NCBI GenBank assembly: GCA_963667175.2
Contig: CAXXXF010000013.1
Coordinates: 176,705 to 240,704 of the forward strand
Length of the DNA: 64,000 bases
Source of the DNA: Candidatus Latescibacterota bacterium
GTDB taxonomy: Bacteria > Latescibacterota > UBA2968 > GCA-2709665
Direction: 5' to 3'
The position numbers and the translations under genes were made by a program. Of this stretch, positions 38,564 to 49,064 are shown piece by piece (the first letter of the stretch is position 1; each line of letters opens with the position of its first letter). Below the pieces are notes generated by a model that worked only from the letters and a program-made list of their open reading frames with translations, was not told the origin of the DNA and made no database searches.

Positions 38564-40993
38564 ATGGATTCAAACTACGCGCAAATTGTTCCCCTTGCCA
38601 CGCCGATCGACAGGGAGATGACGTATCGGATTCCCGACGACCTGAGACAGCAGATTCAAGTCGGAAACAGGGCGCTTGTTCCGCTGGGGCCCAGGTGGAC
38701 GACAGGCATCGTCGTCGGTTTTCAAGACACGACCGACCTGGAAAACGTCAAGTCTATCGGCATTCTGCTCGACCCCTATCCCGTCGTCTCTCCGGGCGTT
38801 CTCGACCTCTGCCGTTGGATGGCGGGTTATTATGTCTGCACCTTGTCCGAAGTGCTTACGGCCGCCCTTCCCTCCGGCATCCATACCCATAGCGGACAAC
38901 GCATAGCCGTCAACGCCCTCAATGGCGCCGGTCGCGATGCGATAACACCCGGCCAACGGCAGGTGCTCGACCACCTGCAGTCGCGGGGCCCGGCCAGCCT
39001 CCGCCAGCTGCAGCTTCGTCTGCGCGGGAATGGGGTCCGCAGTGCCGTCTACGGTCTGATTCGACGGGGCATGCTCACAACCCATCAGATCATCGAAGAT
39101 CCCCGGGTCAGGCCCAAACGGGAGCGCGTCGTTCAACTGGTGCCTGATGCGCGGTGGTTCGAAGTGGAATGGCCCGCTCTGAAACGCAGGGCGCCCCGAC
39201 AGGCGGAATGTCTCACGCGTCTTCGGGCATGCGGGGGCGCGATGCCCGCTGCCGCACTCAGCCGCGCGGGGATCGCGGCGGGCATCCTCAAAGCGCTGGC
39301 CGGCCGCAGACTGGTCCGGATCTTCCAGCGGGAAGTCCGGCGTGATCCATACGCGGACGTGGCGTCCGCTACTCCCGAACGGTTTACGCTCACCGGGGAT
39401 CAGAAGAAAGCGATAGAGCAAATCCAGGAGTCACTCACGCCCCCCAAATTCAGTTCCTTTCTTCTTCACGGAGTGACCGGCAGCGGCAAGACGCTGGTCT
39501 ACATCCGGGCTGTCGACCATGTTCTGAGATCCGGTCTTGGCGCATTGATTCTGGTACCCGAGATTTCGCTTACCCCTCAGACCGTGCGCCGCTTCAGAGC
39601 CCATTTCGGCGACCGGGTTGCCGTTCTCCACAGCGCACTGTCGGAAAGCGAACGCTACGACGCCTGGCGGGACGTCCGCGAGGGGAACCGGACGATTGTC
39701 ATCGGCGCTCGATCCGCCGTCTTCGCGCCAGTTTCGAACCTTGGTCTTATTGTTGTGGACGAGGAACATGATGGCGCTTACAAGCAGTCGGAGCCGGCGC
39801 CCCGTTACAATGCGCGCGATGTTGCGGTGATGCGTGCAAAAATGGAAAATATCCCTGTCATTCTGGGCTCGGCGACGCCCGCGCTCGAGTCCTTTCACAA
39901 CGTGGACACCAAAAAATTCCATCTGCTTACCCTGCCCGAACGGATCGACTCCCGCCCCCTGCCCGAAGTCATCCTGGTCGATATGAAGAAGGAGAGCGGC
40001 GGGCTCTTTTCCCGGGTCCTGAGGGAAAAACTCAGGGATCGCCTGAATAGAAGGGAGCGGGTCATCCTGCTGCAAAACCGAAGAGGTTATGCTCCCTTCG
40101 TCCAATGTCAGGATTGTGGTGAAAGCGTACAATGCCCGAATTGCAGGGTCACGCTCACGTACCATGCCCAGGGCCGGCGGATGTTGTGCCACTATTGCGC
40201 CTTCGATACCCCGGCGCCGTCCGTTTGCGGCGCTTGCGATGGAAACAACCTCCGGCAGTTCGGCGCAGGTACGCAACGGGTGGAAGAAGCACTTCAGGAA
40301 CAGTTTCCCGACGCGCGTCTGCTTCGCATGGACGTCGATACGACCCGCCGAAAAGGGGGCCACGACCGCATCCTCGAATCCTTCAGGTTGGGACGGGCGG
40401 ATATTCTGCTGGGTACGCAGATGGTCGCCAAAGGCCTGGATTTTCCCGGTGTCACCCTTGTCGGCGTCATTTCTGCAGATACCGGCATTCATCTTCCGGA
40501 CTTCAGAGCCGGTGAACGCACATTTCAGTTGCTGACGCAGGTGAGCGGCCGGGCCGGACGAGGGAACTCACCGGGTGAGGTCGTCATACAGACCCACCTG
40601 CCTGAGGGCGAAGCCGTGCGCTGCGCGCGGAAACATGATTTTCTGAAATTCGCCCGGCATGAACTCGTGGGCCGACGCAGCGTACTCTATCCGCCGTTCG
40701 GTCGGATGGCCCTGCTTCTCTTTAAAGGCAGACATGAACGGGACGTCGAACGAACCGCGGGGCTGTGCGCTGAGGCCCTGCGTGCAATGGCATTGCCGCG
40801 CGTTGACGTGATGGGACCCGCACAGGCGCCGCTTGCCCGTATCCGAAGGAACTACCGGTGGCAGGTCGTGCTTAAAACGCCCTCATCCAGACAACTGAAC
40901 GTCCTCGCCCAAAGGGCCGTGCGCGAATTCGCCCGGAACCGCGGCGCCGCAGTAACCCTGGACGTGGATATCGATCCTGTTTCCATGTTGTAG
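38564..40993 (+). CDS. priA: Primosomal protein N'
   Basis: HGVTGSGKT, DEEH, two CxxC pairs, GTQMVAKG, QVSGRAGR and DIDP. Confidence 0.95.
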   Translation: MDSNYAQIVPLATPIDREMTYRIPDDLRQQIQVGNRALVPLGPRWTTGIVVGFQDTTDLENVKSIGILLDPYPVVSPGVLDLCRWMAGYYVCTLSEVLTAALPSGIHTHSGQRIAVNALNGAGRDAITPGQRQVLDHLQSRGPASLRQLQLRLRGNGVRSAVYGLIRRGMLTTHQIIEDPRVRPKRERVVQLVPDARWFEVEWPALKRRAPRQAECLTRLRACGGAMPAAALSRAGIAAGILKALAGRRLVRIFQREVRRDPYADVASATPERFTLTGDQKKAIEQIQESLTPPKFSSFLLHGVTGSGKTLVYIRAVDHVLRSGLGALILVPEISLTPQTVRRFRAHFGDRVAVLHSALSESERYDAWRDVREGNRTIVIGARSAVFAPVSNLGLIVVDEEHDGAYKQSEPAPRYNARDVAVMRAKMENIPVILGSATPALESFHNVDTKKFHLLTLPERIDSRPLPEVILVDMKKESGGLFSRVLREKLRDRLNRRERVILLQNRRGYAPFVQCQDCGESVQCPNCRVTLTYHAQGRRMLCHYCAFDTPAPSVCGACDGNNLRQFGAGTQRVEEALQEQFPDARLLRMDVDTTRRKGGHDRILESFRLGRADILLGTQMVAKGLDFPGVTLVGVISADTGIHLPDFRAGERTFQLLTQVSGRAGRGNSPGEVVIQTHLPEGEAVRCARKHDFLKFARHELVGRRSVLYPPFGRMALLLFKGRHERDVERTAGLCAEALRAMALPRVDVMGPAQAPLARIRRNYRWQVVLKTPSSRQLNVLAQRAVREFARNRGAAVTLDVDIDPVSML

Positions 40994-41122
40994 ACATCCC
41001 ATCCTTCCGACCCGGCGCCGCGTCGGCCTGGGCACGGATTCCGACGTGCGTTCTCCGGTTCCAGCGCGGCGCGGCGGCGGTCGTGTCCGACACCGGTGAA
41101 GTTGGATGGCCGCGATTTCTCC

Positions 41123-42610
41123 ATGCGCTTGCGTCACGTCAAATCGCTCGCAAAACACACTGCCGTCTATGGGATGGGCGACCTGCTCGGCAAGGCGACG
41201 GGCATCCTGCTGGTGCCGGTCTACGCCCGACTCCTCTCGCCTTCCGAGAACGGCGACATGGCCCTGGCGTACGCGTTTGTCAGTTTCAGCGTGCTCCTGT
41301 ACGCACTGGGTCTGAACCACGCGCTCGTCCGCCATCTTTCCGTCGAGCGCGGCGCCGAAGGCGCTCGCCTCAAGTTCAGCACGGCATATTGGACACTTCT
41401 GGTCGTCGGCATCCTTCTTTCTGTCCTCGTATGGACCTCCTCGGCGCGCCTCGCTGTTTTCTTTCTCAATTCCCCTTCCTACGCCGACGTCTTCCGGATA
41501 ACCGCGGCCATTCTGCTGCTGGACACCCTTTCCGAGCCCTTTTTCACGTTGTGCAGGGTGCGGCAGCAATCCGGAATTTACGCGGCTGTCCGGTTCGTCC
41601 AGCACACATTGCAGCTTGGCCTCACCGTCTACCTGATTGCGTGGGAAGGACACGGGGTGCGTGCCATATTCTGGAGCAACCTGGCAAGCTCGACGTTTGC
41701 CTTTCTTGCCCTGTGTCCGGTGGGTTTCCGTGAACTCCGGCCCGTCTATTCGCGTGCGATCCTGTGCGAGCTTCTGCACTTTGGCCTGCCCTTCGTTCCC
41801 TCCGCCGCGGCCCTTCTGCTGATTAACCTGTCCGACCGGTTGCTTCTGAAATTTTTAATCGGCAAGGATCCCGTCGGGATCCTTCAGATCCTCTTCCGCT
41901 TTTGTCTTCCCATGCAGATGCTTACGCGCGTATTCCGCGCCGCGTGGGCGCCCGGGGTCCTTGCCATTTCGGACAGAACGGAAGCCCGCAACGTCGTTGC
42001 CCGGATGACCACGTACTTTGCCGCTGGAGCGACCCTGCTGCTGCTGGTTCTTTCCACCTTTGCCCGGGATCTCATCCTGCTGGGCTGTGGTGACATGGCC
42101 TCCGAATACCTGCCCGCGCAGGGTGTCATCCCCATTGTAACCCTTGCATTCCTTTTGTCCGGCATTTACATTATATTGACCGCCGGCGTCTACGCGGAGG
42201 GGCGTTCACGCATGCTGCCCTTCATTGTGGGCCTGGGCGCGGGCGTCAACGTGGGACTCAACCTCCTGCTCATCCCGCGCATGGGCGTGATCGGTGCGGC
42301 CTGGAGTACGCTGGCCGCGTACGGGGTCATGGTCGTTTTCCTTTATCTCCACACCCGACGGTTTTACCCGGTCGCCTACGAATACGCCCGTCTGGGGAAG
42401 GTTGCGGTCGCCGGCGGCATCGTTTTTCTCGTCGTATCCGGAACTGTTTCCGATGCCAGCCCGTCCGGCGTCGCGACCCGGTGCATTCTGTTGCTGGCCT
42501 ATCCGTTCGTCCTGTGGGGCTGGAACTTCCTTGAAGCCGGAGAGTGGGGGGAGATTCGGCAACTCTTCCGGCTGTCGACTCCGACAGGCGTAGAACGGGA
42601 CCCAACGTGA
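41123..42610 (+). CDS. Polysaccharide flippase (Wzx/MATE-like)
   Basis: LAKHTAVYGMG, many TM helices, SDR and LNLLLIP.MG..GAAW. Confidence 0.85.
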   Translation: MRLRHVKSLAKHTAVYGMGDLLGKATGILLVPVYARLLSPSENGDMALAYAFVSFSVLLYALGLNHALVRHLSVERGAEGARLKFSTAYWTLLVVGILLSVLVWTSSARLAVFFLNSPSYADVFRITAAILLLDTLSEPFFTLCRVRQQSGIYAAVRFVQHTLQLGLTVYLIAWEGHGVRAIFWSNLASSTFAFLALCPVGFRELRPVYSRAILCELLHFGLPFVPSAAALLLINLSDRLLLKFLIGKDPVGILQILFRFCLPMQMLTRVFRAAWAPGVLAISDRTEARNVVARMTTYFAAGATLLLLVLSTFARDLILLGCGDMASEYLPAQGVIPIVTLAFLLSGIYIILTAGVYAEGRSRMLPFIVGLGAGVNVGLNLLLIPRMGVIGAAWSTLAAYGVMVVFLYLHTRRFYPVAYEYARLGKVAVAGGIVFLVVSGTVSDASPSGVATRCILLLAYPFVLWGWNFLEAGEWGEIRQLFRLSTPTGVERDPT

Positions 42611-42668
42611 GGAAAGGGCCAGGAGTTCCCTGAGGAAACCTCTGCGACAGATGAGAAACGGAGCACAC

Positions 42669-43016
42669 ATGAAATTGCCGTTCAGGGCTCGTCAGGCCGC
42701 AGGAAAAGTTCGCCGACTGATCCTGGTTCACTTTCGGAAGTCCTATGTTGCGCAGCAGGCAACGCTCCTTGCGGGCGAATGCAACCGGTGCGGCAATTGT
42801 TGCGAGATTCTCTTCAAATGTCCCTTCCTGGTCAAACAGGACGATGGAATCTCAGTTTGCAGCATCTACGAAAACCGGCCGCTTCAGTGCGACGCGTTTC
42901 CGATCGACGAAAGATGTCTGGCCGACGTGGAGTTCGATTGCACGTTCAGTTTTGAAAAGAACCCCGCGCCGGCGCCGGGCCGGGCGAGACGACTGCTTCA
43001 GATCGATTCCGATTGA
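42669..43016 (+). CDS. YkgJ-like CxxCxxCC cysteine-cluster protein
   Basis: CNRCGNCC...CPFL...CSIYENRPLQCDAFP. Confidence 0.75.
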   Translation: MKLPFRARQAAGKVRRLILVHFRKSYVAQQATLLAGECNRCGNCCEILFKCPFLVKQDDGISVCSIYENRPLQCDAFPIDERCLADVEFDCTFSFEKNPAPAPGRARRLLQIDSD

Positions 43017-43162
43017 CCGGAGCCCTGGAACTTCCCATTGCCTGTCACGTCTAAACTGGGGCCGGACGCCGGAACGCGGGCCACACACGCCTCCGTTCCC
43101 CTCGCCCGGCCCCAGTTTCGCTGATTCCGGTCGCAATCCAGAGACAGATAAACAGGATTTCA

Positions 43163-43867
43163 ATGCCCGACAACGCCGCAGGACGATCCGCCCGATGGGG
43201 AGTGCCCTGTGCCTTGTTTTGCCTTCTGGCGGTTGGCTCCGCCCGCACTCCGGCGCAACTTCCGGGACCTCCCGCGACGTTCACGATTGCGCGGCTCAAG
43301 TTCGGCGGGGGGGGCGACTGGTACAACGGGCCCACCGAGATTCCCAACCTTCTGGCATTTATCCGAAGTCAAACGACGATCCAAACGGCAGACCGGGAAG
43401 CCAGGGTCGAAATCATGGACGAGAACCTCTTCGCCTATCCCGTACTTTACCTCACCGGGCATGGAAATATCCGATTTTCCGAAGACGAGGTCAGGCGCTT
43501 GCGCACGTACCTTGAACATGGCGGCTTCCTGTTTGCCAACGACGACTACGGACTGGACACAGCGTTCCGCCGTGAAATCAGACGAACGTTTCCGGATAAG
43601 GAACTGGTCGAGTTGCCGCCCTCGTTCGGCATCTTTCAACACCCGTTCTCGTTCCCGGACGGCCTTCCCAAGATCCACGAGCATGACGGGAAACGACCAC
43701 AGGCCTTTGGCATCTTTCACGAAGGAAGGCTTGTGGTCTTTTACAATTACGAATGCGACCTCGGGGATGGTTGGAACGACGCGGCTGTCCACGAAGATCC
43801 GCCGGAAAAGCGGGATGCCGCATTGAAGATGGGTACAAACGTTATCGTCTGGGCGCTTACGCACTGA
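43163..43867 (+). CDS. DUF4159-domain protein
   Basis: IARLKFGGGGDWY, YLTGHG, GGFLFAND, PKIHEHD and DLGDGW. Confidence 0.85.
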   Translation: MPDNAAGRSARWGVPCALFCLLAVGSARTPAQLPGPPATFTIARLKFGGGGDWYNGPTEIPNLLAFIRSQTTIQTADREARVEIMDENLFAYPVLYLTGHGNIRFSEDEVRRLRTYLEHGGFLFANDDYGLDTAFRREIRRTFPDKELVELPPSFGIFQHPFSFPDGLPKIHEHDGKRPQAFGIFHEGRLVVFYNYECDLGDGWNDAAVHEDPPEKRDAALKMGTNVIVWALTH

Positions 43868-43905
43868 CCGCTCGACGCCTCCGAAACGGCGCTCCCCTCA
43901 CTTTT

Positions 43906-46900
43906 ATGTCCGGAACATCCGCAAATGCCGCGTACCGGAACCTGCTGCGCAGGCTGTACGCGCTTCGGAAGAGGCAGATTGCCGCCCGTGTCCTGTACGG
44001 CGCGGGTTTGACGCTCTGCTGCGCGCTGGGGTGCTTTTTCGTTTTGCTTCTCCTTGAAACAGCCCTCTATCTCCCGCCGACGGTCAAGGTGGTAGTGGTG
44101 GGGGTTATCGGGCTTGTTCTGGCCTTTCTCGCGGTATTGTACTGCTTTCGTCCGTTACTCCTTCCGCCGTCGCCGGAAGACGTCGCCCTGCAGGTCGAAC
44201 GCGCGTTCGGCGGACTTCATCAGCGTCTGATCAGCGCGCTGCAGCTCTGGACTACGGAGAGGCACGTCGACCATTCTGCCCGGATGGTCGACGCCGCCGT
44301 GATTCAGGCGGACGAAGCCCTCGCGAGCTTGAATCTGGATCCGCTGGTCGCCCGCGTCCAACCTCTGCGGATGGCCGTTCTCTGCGGTGCGCTTGGCGTC
44401 GCCATTCTCGTGGCATTCGCGATTCTTCCCGGGCCGTTAACCGCTGCCGCGGGCCGGATTTCCCGACCGGCCACCGCCTACGCCCGCCCGCCCGAGACGT
44501 TTATCGCGGTCCATTCCGGGAGCGCCGAGATCGTCGCCGGCGAGCCGTTCGCAATCGAGGCGACACTCACCGGTCTCGTGCCCCTCCAGGCCAGAATCAC
44601 CCTCCGGGAAGATGACGCATGGACGCCCCTCGAGCTTTCGGTGCGCAACGGGCGGATCGAGCACAGGATTCCCGCCGTTACCCGATCACTTCAGTACCGA
44701 CTTCAAGCAAACGACGCGGTAACGCCGGTTTACACGGTTACGGCGAAACCGCGGCCGATGGTGGTGCGGCTGCGCCACGACAACCGCTATCCTGCCTATA
44801 CCCGGCATGAGGAAGTCCACGGCGTGGATGGCGGCGATATTGTGGCCGTCACCGGAACCTCGACCGCCCTTCACGTGGGATCCAGCCTGCCGCTGGGCGC
44901 CGCTGAAATCGTCTTCGACGACAGCATCAGGTCAATGGCGCGAATAGACGGACGATCCGCTCTCTTCAATCTGATTGTCGGCCGGGACCGGCGATATACA
45001 ATCGCGCTGCGCGATACGCATGATATCGCCAGCACCGATCCTGTCGAATACCGCATCGTGGCCCTGCAGGACCGTCCTCCTGAAATCCGCTTGCTCCGGC
45101 CGGGAAGAGTCACCGAACTGGGGGAAGACATGCAGGTACCCCTGTTCGTGGAAGCCCAAGATGATTTCGGCGTTGCAAAGATCGAAATTCGATACCGCCT
45201 GAACGATGACGAGGCGGCGGAGATCCTCCCCTTCCCCCTGGATGAACCGGGTGTCGGAGAGCTCACCCGGTCCTATGTATGGGATCTTTCGGGCCTGGAC
45301 CTGTTGCCCGGCGATCGAGTCGTCTTCAGGCTGCGCGCGTACGACGCCAACACGGTTTCCGGACCAGGCATGACGGAAACACCGGCATTCACCGTCCGTT
45401 TTCCTTCTCTGCTGGAGATTCATCGGCAGGCGCAGCAGGCCCACGAAGAGGGTCTGACAGATATGACCGCCATCAGGCAGGAGGGGGAGGCGGTACGGGA
45501 ACGACTGGAAGCGTTCGCCCATCGACTGTTGAAAGAACGACAGATGCAATGGCAGCACGGCAAGGAACTGGAAACCGCGATCGACGACCAGGCCCACGCC
45601 GGGGAACGTCTTGAGAAGGTGAGCGAGAAACTTGAGGAAACACTGGACAGGTTGGAACAGAGCGGACTTCTGGGCGACGAAACCCTGCAGAAGCTGACCC
45701 AGATACAGGAACTGCTCTCCGAAATCGAGACACCCGGATTGAAAGAAGCCATGGAGGAACTCCGGGACGCCATGCAGCGCGTCGATCCCGCAGCCGTCGA
45801 GGAAGCCCTGAAGGCGTTCCGAGGCGAACAGCAAGGGTTTCAGCGGTCTCTGGCGCGGACGATCGACCTGCTGCGGCAACTTCGATCGGAACAGGCCCTC
45901 GAGGCCCTGACCCGGGCGCTGAAAGCGCTTTCGGAAGAGCAACGTCGCGTGGTCGAGAACATCGGCGATGATCACGCGCCTTCGTCACTGGCAGGCCGGC
46001 AGGACGCGATCAGAAAGCGGACAGGTTCATTTGAAGACGAACTCGCTGAAACCACCGGGAAGATAGCGGAGCACCCCACGGCCGCGAATCAGCTGAGACG
46101 CCTGGCGGAGCGGTTCGAAGCACAGCGCATACCCGAACGCATGCGCCTCGTGAGCCGCGATCTGCGCGAGGAATCGGCGCAGTCGGCTCGAACCCGGGGC
46201 GAACGTATCGCCGGAGAACTCGACAGGTTCGCGAAGGACTTCGACGCGGTCAGGCAGGCTTTTGTCAACCGACGGAAGGAAGCGCTGACCCGTCAACTCG
46301 ATCAGCTGACCCACAACCTGCTGGGCCTCTCGACCGCTCAGGAAGAGACCGCGCGCAAGGCGGAGGAATTCTCCCGGGACAGCGATCCGGCAGTGCTGGC
46401 GGCTGAACAGGCACGTATACTGGCCGGCGCGACCCGTCTGGCCAACCACTTGATGGAAGCCGCTCACAGGACCTATTTCGTCACGCCCGAAACCGGCGCC
46501 GCGCTGGGTCGGGCGCTCATCAGGATCAGGGAGGCTGCCGGTCATATGCAGGCCGGCGCCGGTTCCCGGGCAGCCGAAACCGGCAAGGACGCCATGGGCG
46601 CCCTGAATGACGCCGCACTCGCGCTCCGAAAGGTAATCGAGGACGTCTCCGCTGCCGGTTCTTCGGTGGGCCTGGAAGAAATGCTCCAGCGCATGCAGGA
46701 ATTGGCCGACCAACAGTCGGGCCTGAACACCCTGAGCGAATCCCTGCTCGATTCGCGGCGTCCGTCGGCCGAGGGGCGAAGTCGCCCGATGAGCTTCGCC
46801 CGGATGGCGGCCAGGCAGAGAGCCATCCTGCAGGCGCTGCAGGAAGTCCGCCGGTGGATGGGCAGCCGGCGGCAGGCGCTGCTCGGCGATCTGGATCATA

Positions 46901-47241
46901 TCGCATCCGAGATGGAAGCCGTGGTTCAGGAGATGCAGGACCGGCGCGCGGGCAGCGGAACGCTGGAGCGCCAGCGCAGGATTCTCTCTCGCCTGCTGGA
47001 TGCCCAGAGATCGATCCGCCAGCGCGGCCGAAGCTCGGAACGGCGCGCACGACGGGGTTCAGACCTGGCGTACCAGGGTCCGGGCTCGTTGCCCGGGAAT
47101 CTGGGCGAAGCCGACAATCCGCTCCGCAAACGTCTCCGGGAGGCGCTCGATGCAGGGTTCGCCGTCGAATATCAGCGGCTCATCCGGAGCTACTTCGAGT
47201 CATTGATGCAGGACGCGCTCAAGCGCGAAGATGCCCGATGA
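43906..47241 (+). CDS. Large membrane-anchored coiled-coil protein (DUF4175-like)
   Basis: Three N-terminal TMs, Ig-like segments, AQDDFG, LPGD, long Q/E-rich coils and C-terminal EYQRLIRSYF. Confidence 0.75.
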   Translation: MSGTSANAAYRNLLRRLYALRKRQIAARVLYGAGLTLCCALGCFFVLLLLETALYLPPTVKVVVVGVIGLVLAFLAVLYCFRPLLLPPSPEDVALQVERAFGGLHQRLISALQLWTTERHVDHSARMVDAAVIQADEALASLNLDPLVARVQPLRMAVLCGALGVAILVAFAILPGPLTAAAGRISRPATAYARPPETFIAVHSGSAEIVAGEPFAIEATLTGLVPLQARITLREDDAWTPLELSVRNGRIEHRIPAVTRSLQYRLQANDAVTPVYTVTAKPRPMVVRLRHDNRYPAYTRHEEVHGVDGGDIVAVTGTSTALHVGSSLPLGAAEIVFDDSIRSMARIDGRSALFNLIVGRDRRYTIALRDTHDIASTDPVEYRIVALQDRPPEIRLLRPGRVTELGEDMQVPLFVEAQDDFGVAKIEIRYRLNDDEAAEILPFPLDEPGVGELTRSYVWDLSGLDLLPGDRVVFRLRAYDANTVSGPGMTETPAFTVRFPSLLEIHRQAQQAHEEGLTDMTAIRQEGEAVRERLEAFAHRLLKERQMQWQHGKELETAIDDQAHAGERLEKVSEKLEETLDRLEQSGLLGDETLQKLTQIQELLSEIETPGLKEAMEELRDAMQRVDPAAVEEALKAFRGEQQGFQRSLARTIDLLRQLRSEQALEALTRALKALSEEQRRVVENIGDDHAPSSLAGRQDAIRKRTGSFEDELAETTGKIAEHPTAANQLRRLAERFEAQRIPERMRLVSRDLREESAQSARTRGERIAGELDRFAKDFDAVRQAFVNRRKEALTRQLDQLTHNLLGLSTAQEETARKAEEFSRDSDPAVLAAEQARILAGATRLANHLMEAAHRTYFVTPETGAALGRALIRIREAAGHMQAGAGSRAAETGKDAMGALNDAALALRKVIEDVSAAGSSVGLEEMLQRMQELADQQSGLNTLSESLLDSRRPSAEGRSRPMSFARMAARQRAILQALQEVRRWMGSRRQALLGDLDHIASEMEAVVQEMQDRRAGSGTLERQRRILSRLLDAQRSIRQRGRSSERRARRGSDLAYQGPGSLPGNLGEADNPLRKRLREALDAGFAVEYQRLIRSYFESLMQDALKREDAR

Positions 47242-49064
47242 AAACACGGACTTTACCCCATACCGTTTCCGTTCTCGTTGCGTTTCTCCTGATCGCGCCG
47301 GTGGATCTCCCCGCCGCCACGCCCCGAGAAACCCTGAGACAGGCCAATGCGATGGAAGCCTTGGGCGACCTGCGGGGCGCACTGCGGCTCTACCGGAAGC
47401 TTCTGAAACGGTATCCCTACCGCGCCGACGTTCTCCTCCGTATTGAATCGATCCTCGTCCGCACCGGGCGCCGCGCCGAGGCCGTACGCCTTCTGGCGTC
47501 CCATCTCAAAGAGCGACCGCAAGACCGGTCGGTCCGTCTCAGGCTGGCGGACGTCCATTCCGAAACGGGCAACCTGAAGGAGGCCATTTCACACTGGGAC
47601 ACTATCGTCGCCAACGCATCCGATAAGGGCGCCTTTGCGCTGGTTGCGGGGCGTTTCCTGAAACACAACCTTCCGTCGCGAGCCCTGTCTGTGTGCCGGC
47701 AGGGACGCAAGACCCTGAATAACCCGCTGCTTTTCGCAAGGGAGATGGCTGAAATCGCCGAGCGACTCGCGCGCTATCCCGATGCTGTCGCCGAGTACCT
47801 GGTTTATGTTCGCCAGCAGCCGCACGCCGTCGGGTCGGTCGAAACCCGATTCAGGCGTTACGCGCGGGAGGGCGACCGGCACGACCGGATTCTTGCCATC
47901 CTGGGCCGGGAGCTTCGGGCGCATCCCCGGGACGATATCTCTCTGAGGCTGTTCACGGAATACGCCATGGCGGCAGGTCGCGAGGAGCCGGCGCTACGGG
48001 TCTTGGCAACGTTTTCACGCCTTCATCCGAATCAAGCGACGTTTCTGTCGCGTCTGGCCAGGCACGCCTTCGATGCCGGCCGGTTCGAGCAGGCGGCCAC
48101 CGCCTACCGATTGCTCCTGTCGGCCTCCGAGGCCGCTGCCCGACGCCCTGGCGTACTCCTGGGCCTGGGGAGGGCCAACGAAGGACTGGCGCGGGTCGAT
48201 ACGGCTGCGGCCCTGTACAACGACCTGATTGGCAGATATCCTGGAACCCTCTATGCCCATGAGGCCGGGTATCGGCTGGGCCGCCTCCTGCGCCGCGTCT
48301 ACGGGGACACCGCGGCCGCACTGGATGCGTTCCGCGCGGTCGCCGGTTCGAAAAGGCGTACTTCCTGGCGCTATCGGGCCCTATTCGAAATCGCGGACGT
48401 CATGCTCATTGCGGATCGGCTTGACGAGGCCGAATCGGTGTACGCTCGCGTTGCCGGGGAACAGCAGGGGAAGGAAGACGCCGTTCAGGCTCGTTTCGGC
48501 ATTGCCGAATGTCGTTATCTATCGGGCGACGTCGATGCCGCCCGGGCTATGATCGACACGCTGCTGTCGGGGGCGTCGAATCGATTCGCGTACAATGACG
48601 CGTTGGCGCTCTCGGTTCTGCTCGAGCATGCCGACCGCGAGGACGTCGGGGTGCTTCGAACCTACGCTGCGGCATCCAGGCTCGTTCGCCGGCAGATGCC
48701 TGAAGCGGCCCTGAACGCGTTCCGCGGGTTTGTGGAAATCCATCCGAAATCGGGCCTTCTGGATCGTGCCCTTGCAAATCAGATGACGCTCCTGGAAAGA
48801 CTCGGAAGGTACAGCGAAGCCATTCGGATGTCCCGGCGCCTGCTGGCAAGCGTACCCTGGAGTCCGTTGTGTCCCCAGGCGATGTTGACCGCGGGAAGGA
48901 TCTACGCCCGGAGACTCGGGCAATACCAGGACGCTTTACACGCCTACGAATCCGTGCTGGCGGCATATCCGCACAGCCTGGAGGCCGGGGAAGCCCGGGA
49001 ACGGGTTCGAGCGCTTCGAGAGAAAATCAAAGCCCTGGAAACCACCCGCGAGGAGCCCGGATAG
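47238..49064 (+). CDS. Secreted TPR-repeat protein
   Basis: Signal peptide and TPR repeats (RYPGT, AYPHS). ATGA overlap with the upstream gene. Confidence 0.8.
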   Translation: MKTRTLPHTVSVLVAFLLIAPVDLPAATPRETLRQANAMEALGDLRGALRLYRKLLKRYPYRADVLLRIESILVRTGRRAEAVRLLASHLKERPQDRSVRLRLADVHSETGNLKEAISHWDTIVANASDKGAFALVAGRFLKHNLPSRALSVCRQGRKTLNNPLLFAREMAEIAERLARYPDAVAEYLVYVRQQPHAVGSVETRFRRYAREGDRHDRILAILGRELRAHPRDDISLRLFTEYAMAAGREEPALRVLATFSRLHPNQATFLSRLARHAFDAGRFEQAATAYRLLLSASEAAARRPGVLLGLGRANEGLARVDTAAALYNDLIGRYPGTLYAHEAGYRLGRLLRRVYGDTAAALDAFRAVAGSKRRTSWRYRALFEIADVMLIADRLDEAESVYARVAGEQQGKEDAVQARFGIAECRYLSGDVDAARAMIDTLLSGASNRFAYNDALALSVLLEHADREDVGVLRTYAAASRLVRRQMPEAALNAFRGFVEIHPKSGLLDRALANQMTLLERLGRYSEAIRMSRRLLASVPWSPLCPQAMLTAGRIYARRLGQYQDALHAYESVLAAYPHSLEAGEARERVRALREKIKALETTREEPG